A stretch of 64,000 nucleotides of DNA from positions 2,388-66,387 of the forward strand of contig MKWE01000021.1 in NCBI GenBank assembly GCA_001899585.1, in the 5' to 3' direction. The DNA is from Rhodospirillales bacterium 70-18 (GTDB taxonomy: Bacteria; Pseudomonadota; Alphaproteobacteria; Acetobacterales; Acetobacteraceae). Made by a program: the position numbers and the translations under genes. Below, one piece after another: positions 47,911 to 56,680 of this stretch (within the stretch, counting starts at the first letter, position 1; each line of letters starts with the position of its first letter). Under the pieces are notes generated by a model. The model searched no databases, was not told the origin of the DNA, and saw nothing but the letters and a program-made list of their open reading frames with translations.

Positions 47911-49065
47911 TCAGCCGAGCGGATCGACGAAGAAGGCCGGCAGGCGGGCGCCCTCGGCCAGCATCCGCACCGCGGCCTCGCCGGCGGCCAGCGCCTCGTG
48001 GATGGTGGCGTCCATGTCCAGATAGCGATAGGTCCCCAGCCGGCCGACGAAGCTTACGCCCTCCGTCTGTCGCGCGAGGGCCACATAGTCGGCCAGGGTG
48101 GCCTGGTCGTGCACCAGGCGCACTGGGTAATACGGGGTATCGGCGGCCAGGCACTCGCGGCTGTATTCGCGGTGGCAGATGGTGTCGGCGAACTGCCCGG
48201 CCTCCCATGGGGCGAAGTGCTTGGCCTCGCTGATGCGGGTGTACGGCACGGCTTCGTCGCAATAGTTCATGACGGCGGTGCCCTGGTAGTCGCCGCTGGT
48301 CCGGAACGCTTCGAAATCCAGCGTACGGTAGCGCAACCGGCCCAGCCGACAGCCGAAATAGCGGTCGATCGGGCCGCTGTAGAACACGTGGCGGAACGGC
48401 TCGGCCAGTTCCTCGAAGCGGCAGCCGAGGCGAAGCTCCACGCCGGGCGCGTCCAGGATTGCGGCGACCAGCGCGGTATAGCCGTGCCGCGGCAGGGCCT
48501 GGAACGGATCGCTGAAATAATTGTCGTCGTAGCTGAAGCGCATCGGCAGCCGCTTGAGGATCGAGGCCGGCAGGTCGCGCGGGTCGATGCCCCATTGCTT
48601 GCGCGTATAGCCGCGGAAGAAGGCGTGGTACAGCTCGGGGCCGACCATCGCCAGGGCCTGCTCCTCGAAGCTGGCCGGCTGGGCGATGTCGTGGCGGCGC
48701 TTGCCGGCCAGGAAGTCCCGCGCCTCGGCCGGGCGCAGGGCGGTGCCGAAGAACTGGTTGATGGTGTGCAGGTTGATCGGCAGGGAATAGACGCGCCCGC
48801 CCACCGTCGCCTTCACGCGGTTGACATAGGGCATCATGGTCGCGAAGCGGTTCACGTAGTCCCACACCCGGACGTGACGGGTGTGGAAGATGTGCGGCCC
48901 GTAGCGGTGCACCATGATGCCGGTGGGCGGGTCGCGCTCGGTGTGGCAGTTGCCGGCGACGTGCGGCCGCTCGTCCAGCACCAGCACCCGATGGCCCGCC
49001 TCGGCCAGCGTGCGGGCCAGGACGGCGCCGCTGAACCCGGCGCCGACGATGCAGATGCGGCTCAC
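47911..49065 (-). CDS. glf: UDP-galactopyranose mutase
   Basis: GTG start with GTGA overlap to the upstream gene. ICIVGAGFSGAVLA...GPHIFHT...YTRKQWG...GRLGTYRYLDMD. Confidence 0.92.
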   Translation of the reverse strand: MSRICIVGAGFSGAVLARTLAEAGHRVLVLDERPHVAGNCHTERDPPTGIMVHRYGPHIFHTRHVRVWDYVNRFATMMPYVNRVKATVGGRVYSLPINLHTINQFFGTALRPAEARDFLAGKRRHDIAQPASFEEQALAMVGPELYHAFFRGYTRKQWGIDPRDLPASILKRLPMRFSYDDNYFSDPFQALPRHGYTALVAAILDAPGVELRLGCRFEELAEPFRHVFYSGPIDRYFGCRLGRLRYRTLDFEAFRTSGDYQGTAVMNYCDEAVPYTRISEAKHFAPWEAGQFADTICHREYSRECLAADTPYYPVRLVHDQATLADYVALARQTEGVSFVGRLGTYRYLDMDATIHEALAAGEAAVRMLAEGARLPAFFVDPLG

Positions 49066-50594
49066 GGGGCGGCCTCGCCGTGCCGCGCCCAGCCGTGGCG
49101 CGCCGCGGCGCCGAGCATGAGCCCGCCCGCCCGCCGCCCCATCCGCGCCGCGATCGCCAAGCACTCGGCCGGCGGCAGGTGCACGCGGTTGGCCAGGAGC
49201 TGGCGCTGGGCCCGCCGGCGGTACTCGGCGCTGAATTGCGGCTCGATGCGGCCCAGCGCCCAGAGATGCGTGTTCAACTCCACCCTCAGCAACTGCCGCT
49301 CGATCGCCGCATCCGCCCAGGTGGAGACGCGCGCGCGCAGCCAGTCGAAAATCTCGAAATGCACGAACAGCCTGTCGTCGCGGGCCAGCACGTCCTGCCC
49401 CACGCGGCCCTGGCGGTAGAAATACCAGGGGTCCGGCAGCACCGCGGTCCGCTTCGCGCGGGCCAGCGCCTCGAACTGGAACGGCAGGTCGTCGAAGCGG
49501 CGGATATGCTCGGGGAAGCGGATGTCGCTGCCCAGCAGGAAGTCGCGCCGGTAAATGCGCCGCCAAATCGTCGGGCGCAGCACCAGCATCTCCCGCACGT
49601 CGCGCACCAGGCCGGTCAGCCCGCCGGGGCCGTCGCCGCCGGCGGCGTCGCGGCAGGGGATATCGACGCCATCGGCGTGGGCCTCGACGAAGCCGCACTG
49701 GGCGATCTCGGCGCCGCCAAGCGTGGCGGCCTGGTACAGCCCCTCGAACATCCGGGCATCCGCCCAGTCGTCGCCGTCCACGAAGCCGACATACTCGCCG
49801 CGCGCAGCCGCCAGCCCGACCATGCGCGCCGAGGCGCAGCCGCCGTTCGGCTTGGCCAGCACCCGTATCCGGCCCGGGTGGCGGGCGGCCCATTCGGCCG
49901 CCCTGGCGCCGGTGTCGTCGGGCGAGCCGTCGTCGACGACGATCACCTCCAGTCGCTCGATCTCCTGGGCGGCTAGGCTGGCAAGGCAGCGGTCGATCTC
50001 GGCGCTCACGCGGTAGGCCGGCACGACGACCGAGACCTCGACCTCGACCGGGCCGGCATCGCCACCGAAGGCCAGGGGGCTGTCAGCCTCGCGCCAGAAG
50101 AAGCTGCGCGCCACCTGGTCGCGGCTGCGCCGGTACAGCGCCAGCGGGTCGATGCGGTCCGGCCGGAACAGGCCGCAGAGATGGCCCACGCCCTGCCGTT
50201 CCAGCAGCGCGAGCAGATCGACGTCGCAGAACGGGGCGTCGATGCGGGCGAAGCCGATGCCGCGCCCGCCGGCCGCCGCCAGCGCCTCCGCCACGGTGGC
50301 GACGACCCTGGCGCCAGCATGCTGGCCCAGCGCATCGGCCAGGGTGCCGCGCAGCCAGGCGTCCGGCTCGACCACCAGCACCGTCGCGGTCGGGCTGCGG
50401 TGCAGGGCGGCCAGCGCCTCCAGCCCCGATCGGCCGCCGACATAGAGCGCCGACGGCGACTCGCCGCCGGCCGCCGCATGCAGCGGGCCGTAGAACCCGG
50501 CGCGCAGCCGGGCCGCATCCTCCGCGGCCAAGCCCGCCGGCAGGGCGGCCGGCAGCGCGCCCAGCGCCGCGCGCAGCCCGCGAGGCTCGATCAT
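49062..50594 (-). CDS. two-domain FkbM-like plus GT2 protein (module B, gene 2; paralog of 46452..47900)
   Basis: Start reset to MIEPRGLRAAL at 50594. Long identical blocks with the paralog, e.g. GLAAARGEYVGFVDGDDWA, IWRRIYRRDFLL, IRFPEHIRRFDDLPF, RLFVHFEIF. Confidence 0.8.
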   Translation of the reverse strand: MIEPRGLRAALGALPAALPAGLAAEDAARLRAGFYGPLHAAAGGESPSALYVGGRSGLEALAALHRSPTATVLVVEPDAWLRGTLADALGQHAGARVVATVAEALAAAGGRGIGFARIDAPFCDVDLLALLERQGVGHLCGLFRPDRIDPLALYRRSRDQVARSFFWREADSPLAFGGDAGPVEVEVSVVVPAYRVSAEIDRCLASLAAQEIERLEVIVVDDGSPDDTGARAAEWAARHPGRIRVLAKPNGGCASARMVGLAAARGEYVGFVDGDDWADARMFEGLYQAATLGGAEIAQCGFVEAHADGVDIPCRDAAGGDGPGGLTGLVRDVREMLVLRPTIWRRIYRRDFLLGSDIRFPEHIRRFDDLPFQFEALARAKRTAVLPDPWYFYRQGRVGQDVLARDDRLFVHFEIFDWLRARVSTWADAAIERQLLRVELNTHLWALGRIEPQFSAEYRRRAQRQLLANRVHLPPAECLAIAARMGRRAGGLMLGAAARHGWARHGEAAP

Positions 50595-51775
50595 GCGTGC
50601 GCGGCTCCCCGCAGTTTCCCGCCGATGCGGCGGGCGGCGCCCAGGGCCGGGCGAGCCAGTGCGCGCAGCCCGAGCTTGACCACCGTCCGCCCCTCCGGGT
50701 GCATCGCCAGCCGCAGCCACGGCCACGGCGCGGGGCGGCGGCGGCCCGCCATGTCGTACAGCACGCGATGCGCGCCGGTGGCGAAGGCGCCAAGCAGCAG
50801 GCGCTCGCGCTCGTCGGTGGAGTAGGCGACGCGCGCCAGTCGCAGGGTTTCCGGCTCCAGCCGCCGCACCACCCCGATCGCCTCGCGCAGGAAGCGCGCG
50901 CGGTCGGCGTTGGTGACATTCTGCGCGCACCAGTAGAGCAGCCGCACCGCCTGCAGCGCGAGGTTGGCGCACGCTTCCCGCGACAGGCCGGCGGCGGCGT
51001 CGATGGCGAGCCCCACGCTGTGGATGGCGTCGAAGCGGCGGGCGCTGCGTTCGTCGGTGATCTTGCCGGGGCGGCCGACGCGGTACCAATAGCCGGTTTC
51101 GTTGAGCAGGCCGACATGCCCCGCCCTGGCCAGGCCGTGCACATGCGGGGCCATGTCCTCGAACAGCAGCCCCTCCGGGAAGGCCAGGCCGACCTGGTGC
51201 AGGAAGCTCCGCCGGATAACCCGGGGGTTGGCGTTCGGCTCCAGCCGCAGCAACCTCGGTTCCTGGTCGAGCGTCACCCGGCGAAAGCGCCGCCCGCCCA
51301 TGATGAGGTCCCAGATATGCGCGTCGTAGAAGCGCGACACGGCAAATGTATTCGATTCGAGGACGACGGAGCGGCACAGCACCACGTCGCAGGCCATGCC
51401 CTCGCCCGCCTCGGCCATCGCCGCCAGCACCGCCACGTCAGCCAGGTCGTCGCTGTCCAGGAAACCGACGAACCGGCCGCGCGCCCGTGCCAGCCCGGCC
51501 ATGCGCGCAGCCGACAGGCCGGCATTGGCCTGGTCGATCACGCAGGCCCGCATCGGGGTGTGGCGGACCCAGTCCACCGCCAGCGCGAGGCTGCCATCCG
51601 CCCCGCCGTCATGGACGATGATCACCTCGACCTGCGATAAGGGGGCGGACACCAGCGAGTCGAGCGCCTGACGCAGGTATGCCCGCGTGTTGAATACAGG
51701 AACCACAATCGACAACGACAAAGAATCGGAATTCAAATCCCAATTACTTGATGTGGCAGAGAATTTATCGAACAT
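50591..51775 (-). CDS. glycosyltransferase family 2 (module B, gene 1; paralog of 45202..46458)
   Basis: ATGA overlap with the downstream gene. SIVVPVFN...FLDSDD...GLAFPEGL.FED...YRVGRPG.IT. The ATG is at 51775; the track start at 51784 is GTG. The 5' end is visibly AT-rich. Confidence 0.8.
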   Translation of the reverse strand: MFDKFSATSSNWDLNSDSLSLSIVVPVFNTRAYLRQALDSLVSAPLSQVEVIIVHDGGADGSLALAVDWVRHTPMRACVIDQANAGLSAARMAGLARARGRFVGFLDSDDLADVAVLAAMAEAGEGMACDVVLCRSVVLESNTFAVSRFYDAHIWDLIMGGRRFRRVTLDQEPRLLRLEPNANPRVIRRSFLHQVGLAFPEGLLFEDMAPHVHGLARAGHVGLLNETGYWYRVGRPGKITDERSARRFDAIHSVGLAIDAAAGLSREACANLALQAVRLLYWCAQNVTNADRARFLREAIGVVRRLEPETLRLARVAYSTDERERLLLGAFATGAHRVLYDMAGRRRPAPWPWLRLAMHPEGRTVVKLGLRALARPALGAARRIGGKLRGAAHA

Positions 51776-51921
51776 TACAACCACCCGAGGCGATCAGTAT
51801 GAGAATTATGGGACAATAATTGATCATTGACGAAAATTTAGTCAAGTGATATTTGATTTCGTAAGATCTGAAACTTACGTGCGCGCAACAATACTTTCAT
51901 CACGTTGTGGACTACACAAAA

Positions 51922-52845
51922 ATGACAGGCGCGACCACTGCCGCAGGGGGGCAGCAGACGAACGCAGGGATATGGGCGGTCGTCGTCGCGTGCAACCGGC
52001 CGGCCGAGTTGGAGCGGCTGCTGGCCGCCATCGCGGCCCAAAGCGTGGCTGTGGATCGCGTCCTGGTGATCGACAACGGCACCAACCCCCTTGTGGCGCA
52101 GGTGGCCGCCGCACGCAGCGCCCAATACCATCGCTCGCTGCGCAACATGGGCGGCGCGGGCGGTTTCGCCCTCGGCATGCTGCTGGCGCTGGCGGGCGGC
52201 GCCAGGACCCTGTGGCTGTGGGACGACGATGGCTGGCCGGAAGGCGAGGACTGCCTGGAACGCCTGCTGGGCTGCATGGCCGCAACCGGCGGGGCCATCG
52301 TGGCGCCCCTGCTGATCAGCGCCGATGCCCCCGGCCGCGCCGCGTTCGGCTACCGGCTGAACGGGCGGACCACCTTCTCCCGCGCGGCGCTGCAACAGCG
52401 CCCCTTGCTGCATGGCATGGCCCATCTGTTCAACGGCACCGTGGTTCCGGCGACGACCGCCGACCGCTTCGGCATCCCCGACATACGGCTGTTCATCCGC
52501 GGCGACGAGGTGGATTTCCTGTATCGTGTCCTGGCCGGCGGCGGCATCGTCGCCACGGTGACGGCGGCGGTCGCGCGCCATCCCTCGGCGGAAGCGGAGA
52601 CACACAGCCTGCTGGGCGGGCGCATTTTCGCCGTGCATCCGGCCGACCCGATGCGCCGGGCGATGCTGTTCCGCAACCGGGGCTACCTGTTCCGGCGGCA
52701 CCGCCGCTGGGGCTTCCTGGCCCTGGATCATGTTCGCTACACGCTGTTCTTCATCGTGCGCCGCCGCCCCGACCTGGCCGGGTTCCGCGCCTGGTTGCGC
52801 CAGACATGGCGCGGCGTGGGCGAAAAGCTCGGTCCACCCCCGTGA
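51922..52845 (+). CDS. glycosyltransferase family 2, possibly a galactofuranosyltransferase (GlfT1-like)
   Basis: ...AVVVACNRP..L..LL..I..Q......VLVIDNGT...RNMGGAGGFALG...WLWDDD. The ATG is at 51922; the GTG at 51907 is also in frame. The Galf-specific assignment is inference from glf proximity. Confidence 0.72.
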   Translation: MTGATTAAGGQQTNAGIWAVVVACNRPAELERLLAAIAAQSVAVDRVLVIDNGTNPLVAQVAAARSAQYHRSLRNMGGAGGFALGMLLALAGGARTLWLWDDDGWPEGEDCLERLLGCMAATGGAIVAPLLISADAPGRAAFGYRLNGRTTFSRAALQQRPLLHGMAHLFNGTVVPATTADRFGIPDIRLFIRGDEVDFLYRVLAGGGIVATVTAAVARHPSAEAETHSLLGGRIFAVHPADPMRRAMLFRNRGYLFRRHRRWGFLALDHVRYTLFFIVRRRPDLAGFRAWLRQTWRGVGEKLGPPP

Positions 52846-52876
52846 GCAGGGGCGCCGGGTCCGGGCGCCCCCGCTC
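52844..52876. terminator. GC-rich hairpin between the convergent GT2 and outer-membrane protein genes
   Basis: GAGCAGGGGCGCC-GGGTCC-GGGCGCCCCCGCTC. Confidence 0.5.
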
Positions 52877-52903
52877 ACGGGGGGGGGGCCGGGCGCCGGC
52901 CGG

Positions 52904-54523
52904 TCAGAACTGCGAACCGAGACGGAAATACACCTCGTTGCGATCATAGCGGGCCAGCGTGACATTGGAATCCCGCAGCGTGTACCGATAATCCACGCCC
53001 AGCGTCACCTTCGGCGTCAACCGGTAGCGCAGCCCCACGGACATGTCGGCGTCGTTGTCCACCCGCGTCGCCTGAATGAAATCGCTACGGCCCCAGGCCA
53101 CGCGGGCGATGCCGGTCAGGTCCTGCGTCAGGCGCTGCTCCACCCGCCCGCCGACCACCGTGTAGATATAGCCCGGGCTGCCGGAGAGCGTCGTCTCCTC
53201 CATCGAGCGGTCGGTATAGAGGATCAGCGCGGTGCCGGAGGTGGCCTGCCACCGCAGGCTGCCATCGAAGCTCGGCGTGGTGGTGGTCTTGAACCGGGAA
53301 TCCTCGGCGTTCCGGCTCATCACGCCGACCGAGAAATCGCCCCGCACGCTGGTGGAGATGCGGAACAGCGCGCCGGCGCTGACGCGGTAACCGTCGGAGC
53401 TGCGGGCATAGCCGAAATCGTCGTACCGGCTGTTGTAGCGGCGGATATCGCCCAGCAGTTCCACGAACGGCCGGAACGCCGGATTCGCCTCGTAGCGGAC
53501 CAGCGTACCGAAGGTATAGCGCGTCCGGTTGCGATCCTGGTTGTTGATGATGCCGTTGGCGCCATCGACATTGCTGAAGGTGAGGTGCTCGATCGCGCCG
53601 CCCAGCCGGATCGAGAAATCACCGTAGCGGTGGATCACGCCGGCATAGCCGTTGCTTTCCATATATGGCGTGGGCGTGATGCCGTTCACCGCGTCGGGCG
53701 AGGAGCGGTCCTCGTGGCTGGCGATCGCGGTGGCGCCGAGCAGGATCTGCGTCTGCTGGCTGGCGTCGATCCGGCCCTCGATGTTGGCGTTCCAGTCCAC
53801 CGTGTTCTCATGCGGCGAGCGGGCATAGCCGGTGAGGTCGGTCTGCACCTCGGCGGTCAGCGAATGCCGCTCCCAGTTCGACTCCACGCTCAGCTTGGGC
53901 GAGATCGTTCCCAGCCAGTCGCTGCGGCGGCTGGTCTTGGTGGCGTAGATGTTGTCGTCGAATATCAGCGCGGACTGGATGTCGGGGTAGATGGTGAACG
54001 ACCCCACGCGGTAGCCGGGACCGCCCAGTTGCGGCGCGCCGGGCGGGGCCAGCGTGGTCTGCGCCGGGGCAGGCGGCAGCGGCCGCACGTCGGCGGCGGC
54101 CATGCGGCCAAGCTCGCTCGCCACCGCCTGGCGCACCGCCTGCGCGCTGGCCGGGGGGGCCGCGGCAGTGATACGGTCGGTGATGCCGCGATAGACCGGC
54201 ACGCTGGCGCCGATGAAGCCGCTGACCGGCGCGCCGGCGACCCGCGCCAGGGCGGCGGCGCGCGCCGGGGTGGAAGCCAGCGCCGGGTTGGCGCGCAGCA
54301 CGTCGTCCAGCGCGCGCAGCAGCGCCGCCGGCCCGTCGGCCGACGCGGTGGTGAGCTGCCGCTCCACCCCGGCATCAACGGGCTGGCCCTGCCCGTAGGC
54401 CGGCGCCAGCGTCGCTACCGCCGCGGCAACCCCGGTGCACACCGCCAGCGCCCGCAGGGCATTGGCGCCGGCGCGACCGGCTTTTCGATCGCAGGGAGTC
54501 GATTTCGTCTTGTAAGCACTCAT
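52904..54523 (-). CDS. outer-membrane beta-barrel protein (putative beta-barrel porin-2 type seen in polysaccharide loci)
   Basis: 539 aa. Signal peptide, an Ala/Pro-rich N-terminal region, then alternating-residue beta-strand patterns, ending ...YFRLGSQF with a terminal aromatic residue. Confidence 0.72.
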   Translation of the reverse strand: MSAYKTKSTPCDRKAGRAGANALRALAVCTGVAAAVATLAPAYGQGQPVDAGVERQLTTASADGPAALLRALDDVLRANPALASTPARAAALARVAGAPVSGFIGASVPVYRGITDRITAAAPPASAQAVRQAVASELGRMAAADVRPLPPAPAQTTLAPPGAPQLGGPGYRVGSFTIYPDIQSALIFDDNIYATKTSRRSDWLGTISPKLSVESNWERHSLTAEVQTDLTGYARSPHENTVDWNANIEGRIDASQQTQILLGATAIASHEDRSSPDAVNGITPTPYMESNGYAGVIHRYGDFSIRLGGAIEHLTFSNVDGANGIINNQDRNRTRYTFGTLVRYEANPAFRPFVELLGDIRRYNSRYDDFGYARSSDGYRVSAGALFRISTSVRGDFSVGVMSRNAEDSRFKTTTTPSFDGSLRWQATSGTALILYTDRSMEETTLSGSPGYIYTVVGGRVEQRLTQDLTGIARVAWGRSDFIQATRVDNDADMSVGLRYRLTPKVTLGVDYRYTLRDSNVTLARYDRNEVYFRLGSQF

Positions 54524-54575
54524 ATTTCACCTGCGAGAGTTGTGCTGCGCACCAGCCGGAGGCATTCGTCTATCA

Positions 54576-55358
54576 ATGTCAAGAACCAATAGACCCGCCG
54601 TGCGGCCGGCGCGAGTGCTGCCGGCCGTTCCGCCGCGCGATTGCGCCCTGTGCGGCGTGCGCCAGCTTGCGCTGTTCCAGTCATTTCCGCCCGACGTGCT
54701 GGGGCGCCTGAGCGTGCTGCGGCGCGGCGTGCGCATGGTGCCGGCCGGCGGGCAGATCGTGCCGCCCGGCCAGCCAGCCGCCGAGGTGTTCACCGTGTTC
54801 CGCGGCTGGGCCTTCAGTTACCGGCTGACCCACGAGGGGCGCCGCCAGATCCTGGACTTCCACCTGCCCGGCGACCTGATCGGCGCGGAGTTCCTCGCCG
54901 CCGCCCCCACCGGCGCCGGGGCCGACGCGCTGACCGCGGTGTCGCTCTGCGCGTTCGACGCCGCGCTCCTGATGCAGGCGGCGGCCGACATGCCGCCGCT
55001 GGCCGCGGCACTCACCTGGATGGTGGCGCGCGAGGAGGCGGTGCTGGCCGAACGCCTGACCGCCGTGGGCCGGCGCAGCGCCGCCGACCGTCTGGGCCAT
55101 CTGCTGCTGGAGATGTGGACGCGCCAGCGCCTGCGCGAGGGCGAGGATGGCGCGGAGTGTCGCTTCCCGCTGACCAACCAGCATATGGCCGACGTGCTGG
55201 GGCTCAGCCCGGAGCATGTCAGCCGCTCGCTGGCGCAATGGCGCCACCGGCAGCTTGCCTTCGTGGACAGCGGCCGCCTGCGCCTGCCGGACGCGGCCCA
55301 ACTGGCCGAGCTGTGCGACTGGACCCCGGGCTACCTGCATCCGCGGCCTATCCTCTAG
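54576..55358 (+). CDS. Crp/Fnr family transcriptional regulator (FNR/FixK-type recognition helix)
   Basis: Start reset to MSRTNRP at 54576. cNMP-like beta-roll. HTH ...MADVLGLSPEHVSRSLAQW carries the E--SR motif. The N-terminus has C-A-L-C but lacks the third N-terminal FNR cysteine. Confidence 0.85.
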   Translation: MSRTNRPAVRPARVLPAVPPRDCALCGVRQLALFQSFPPDVLGRLSVLRRGVRMVPAGGQIVPPGQPAAEVFTVFRGWAFSYRLTHEGRRQILDFHLPGDLIGAEFLAAAPTGAGADALTAVSLCAFDAALLMQAAADMPPLAAALTWMVAREEAVLAERLTAVGRRSAADRLGHLLLEMWTRQRLREGEDGAECRFPLTNQHMADVLGLSPEHVSRSLAQWRHRQLAFVDSGRLRLPDAAQLAELCDWTPGYLHPRPIL

Positions 55359-55479
55359 ATCCGCCACGACGGCCGCCCCTCGTCCTGATCGTCCCGGTAT
55401 CGGGTGTTTCCGTATGCATTTCAAGCCCCTCACCCATGCGCCATTACGACATCGTTAATGCATTATTGGCGATGCAGCA

Positions 55480-55493
55480 TTGATTTAGATCAT
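55480..55493 (+). promoter_or_regulatory. FNR/FixK-type box TTGATTTAGATCAT with class-II-like geometry
   Basis: 9 of 10 matches to TTGAT-N4-ATCAA. GATTAT at 55517..55522 lies about 33 bp from the box centre, as for a -41.5 activator site. Lies 100 bp upstream of the ATG at 55593. Confidence 0.6.
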
Positions 55494-55592
55494 GGCGACG
55501 TGACCATGAAACACCCGATTATGCTTCCAACAGAGCGGCAAAGTTTTGGCTTCGCCGTCACCATATGAATACGACTCGCCAGTAGGTAATCA

Positions 55593-56054
55593 ATGTTACC
55601 GCATCGCGACGCCCGACGCCCGATCCACCGCCTCGCCGCCATGGCGCTCGTCCTGACGGCCGGAATCGGGGGCACGGCGCACGGCAGCACACCGCCCCTC
55701 ACCGCTGCCACGTGGTGCGCCGACTACCGGCCGGGCGCGCTGGGCGCGCGGCAGCGATTGGAGGGCGAGAACCTGACACGGTTGCAGGCGACCCAGGCGT
55801 TCCTGGCGCCCGGCTTCGCCGCCGGACAATCCCGGACCGGGATCGCCATGCTGGCGGACTACCAGGAGGAGATGGACCGGCCGCACCCCGACCGTGAGGC
55901 GGCGGCCGCCTATCTGGCCACCGCCAGCACGGTGCACATCACGCTCGACGTGGTTGGCATGGTCAACCGCACGCTGTGCGTGGCGGCCGGGCAGGCGACG
56001 GCGCAGGCAATCGCCACCGCGGCCGAGGCGGCGCGGGCCGAGATGGCGCGCTGA
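55593..56054 (+). CDS. hypothetical secreted protein (153 aa)
   Basis: N-terminal signal-like RRPIHRLAAMALVLTAGIGGTAHG, G/C-rich third positions, and a stop 2 nt before the next ATG. No recognisable family. Confidence 0.65.
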   Translation: MLPHRDARRPIHRLAAMALVLTAGIGGTAHGSTPPLTAATWCADYRPGALGARQRLEGENLTRLQATQAFLAPGFAAGQSRTGIAMLADYQEEMDRPHPDREAAAAYLATASTVHITLDVVGMVNRTLCVAAGQATAQAIATAAEAARAEMAR

Positions 56055-56056
56055 GC

Positions 56057-56680
56057 ATGGTCGACAAGCAAGGGATGCAGCAGATGGATGGGTTTCCGAC
56101 ACGCACCGCGGCACGGCGAACCAGTCTGACGCGGCGTGGCCTTGCCGCCACGCTGGCCGGCGGCTTGGCGACAATCCTGCTCGGCGGCGTCGCCATGGCC
56201 CAGGGGCACACCTCGGGCGGCGGCACCGACTCCGGGCACGGTTCCGGCGGCGGCGGTTCCGGTGGCGGAACCGACTCCGGGCACAGCTCCGGCGGTGGCA
56301 GTTCCGGCGGCGGTGACGAAGGCAGCGGCGGGCATACCTCCGGTGGCGGTGACGAAGGCGGCCGTAAGGGCGCCGGTCGCGGCCCACAGCAGCGCGCGGT
56401 CCGCCATCGTGCCCGCACCGGCCAAACCCTGGGCGGCGGCGAGTCCGGCGGCGGCCATAGCGGCGGCGGCCATGGCGGTGGCGGCCATGGCGGTGGCGGC
56501 CATGGCGAAGGCGAGGAAAATGAAGGCGGCACCGATACGGCGGGCACCACCCCGGGCGCCGCGCCCGCCATCACCGGCCTGAGCGAAGGCTCGGTGTCTG
56601 GCGGCGCTACCGGGGCCGAGCACTTCGTCCATGACAGCCCCAGCTATTGGGGCGCGGACGGCAAGGTGCTCCGCCGCTGA
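56057..56680 (+). CDS. Tat-signal Gly/His/Ser-rich low-complexity secreted protein (hypothetical)
   Basis: TRRGLAATLAGGLATILLGGVAMA/QG is a twin-arginine-like signal. Then GGGTDSGH(G/S)SGGG x2, GGHTSGGGDEG x2 and GGGHGGGGHGGGGHG. This frame has the best G/C third-position bias of the overlapping frames. Confidence 0.6.
   Translation: MVDKQGMQQMDGFPTRTAARRTSLTRRGLAATLAGGLATILLGGVAMAQGHTSGGGTDSGHGSGGGGSGGGTDSGHSSGGGSSGGGDEGSGGHTSGGGDEGGRKGAGRGPQQRAVRHRARTGQTLGGGESGGGHSGGGHGGGGHGGGGHGEGEENEGGTDTAGTTPGAAPAITGLSEGSVSGGATGAEHFVHDSPSYWGADGKVLRR

Noticed and set aside
51820-51833. TTGATCATTGACGA as a fourth FNR box in the AT-rich glycosyltransferase promoter
   Set aside because: The right half-site matches only 2 of 5 positions of ATCAA, so it is not comparable to the 9/10 boxes at 45102 and 55480.
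55910-56632. Minus-strand 240-aa and 203-aa ORFs and the plus-strand ORF 56136..56582 across the Gly/His-rich region
   Set aside because: They overlap the well-supported upstream gene and lack start context. The frame from 56057 has a Tat-like signal, tight coupling to the previous stop and the best third-position bias. Confidence in that frame is still only moderate.
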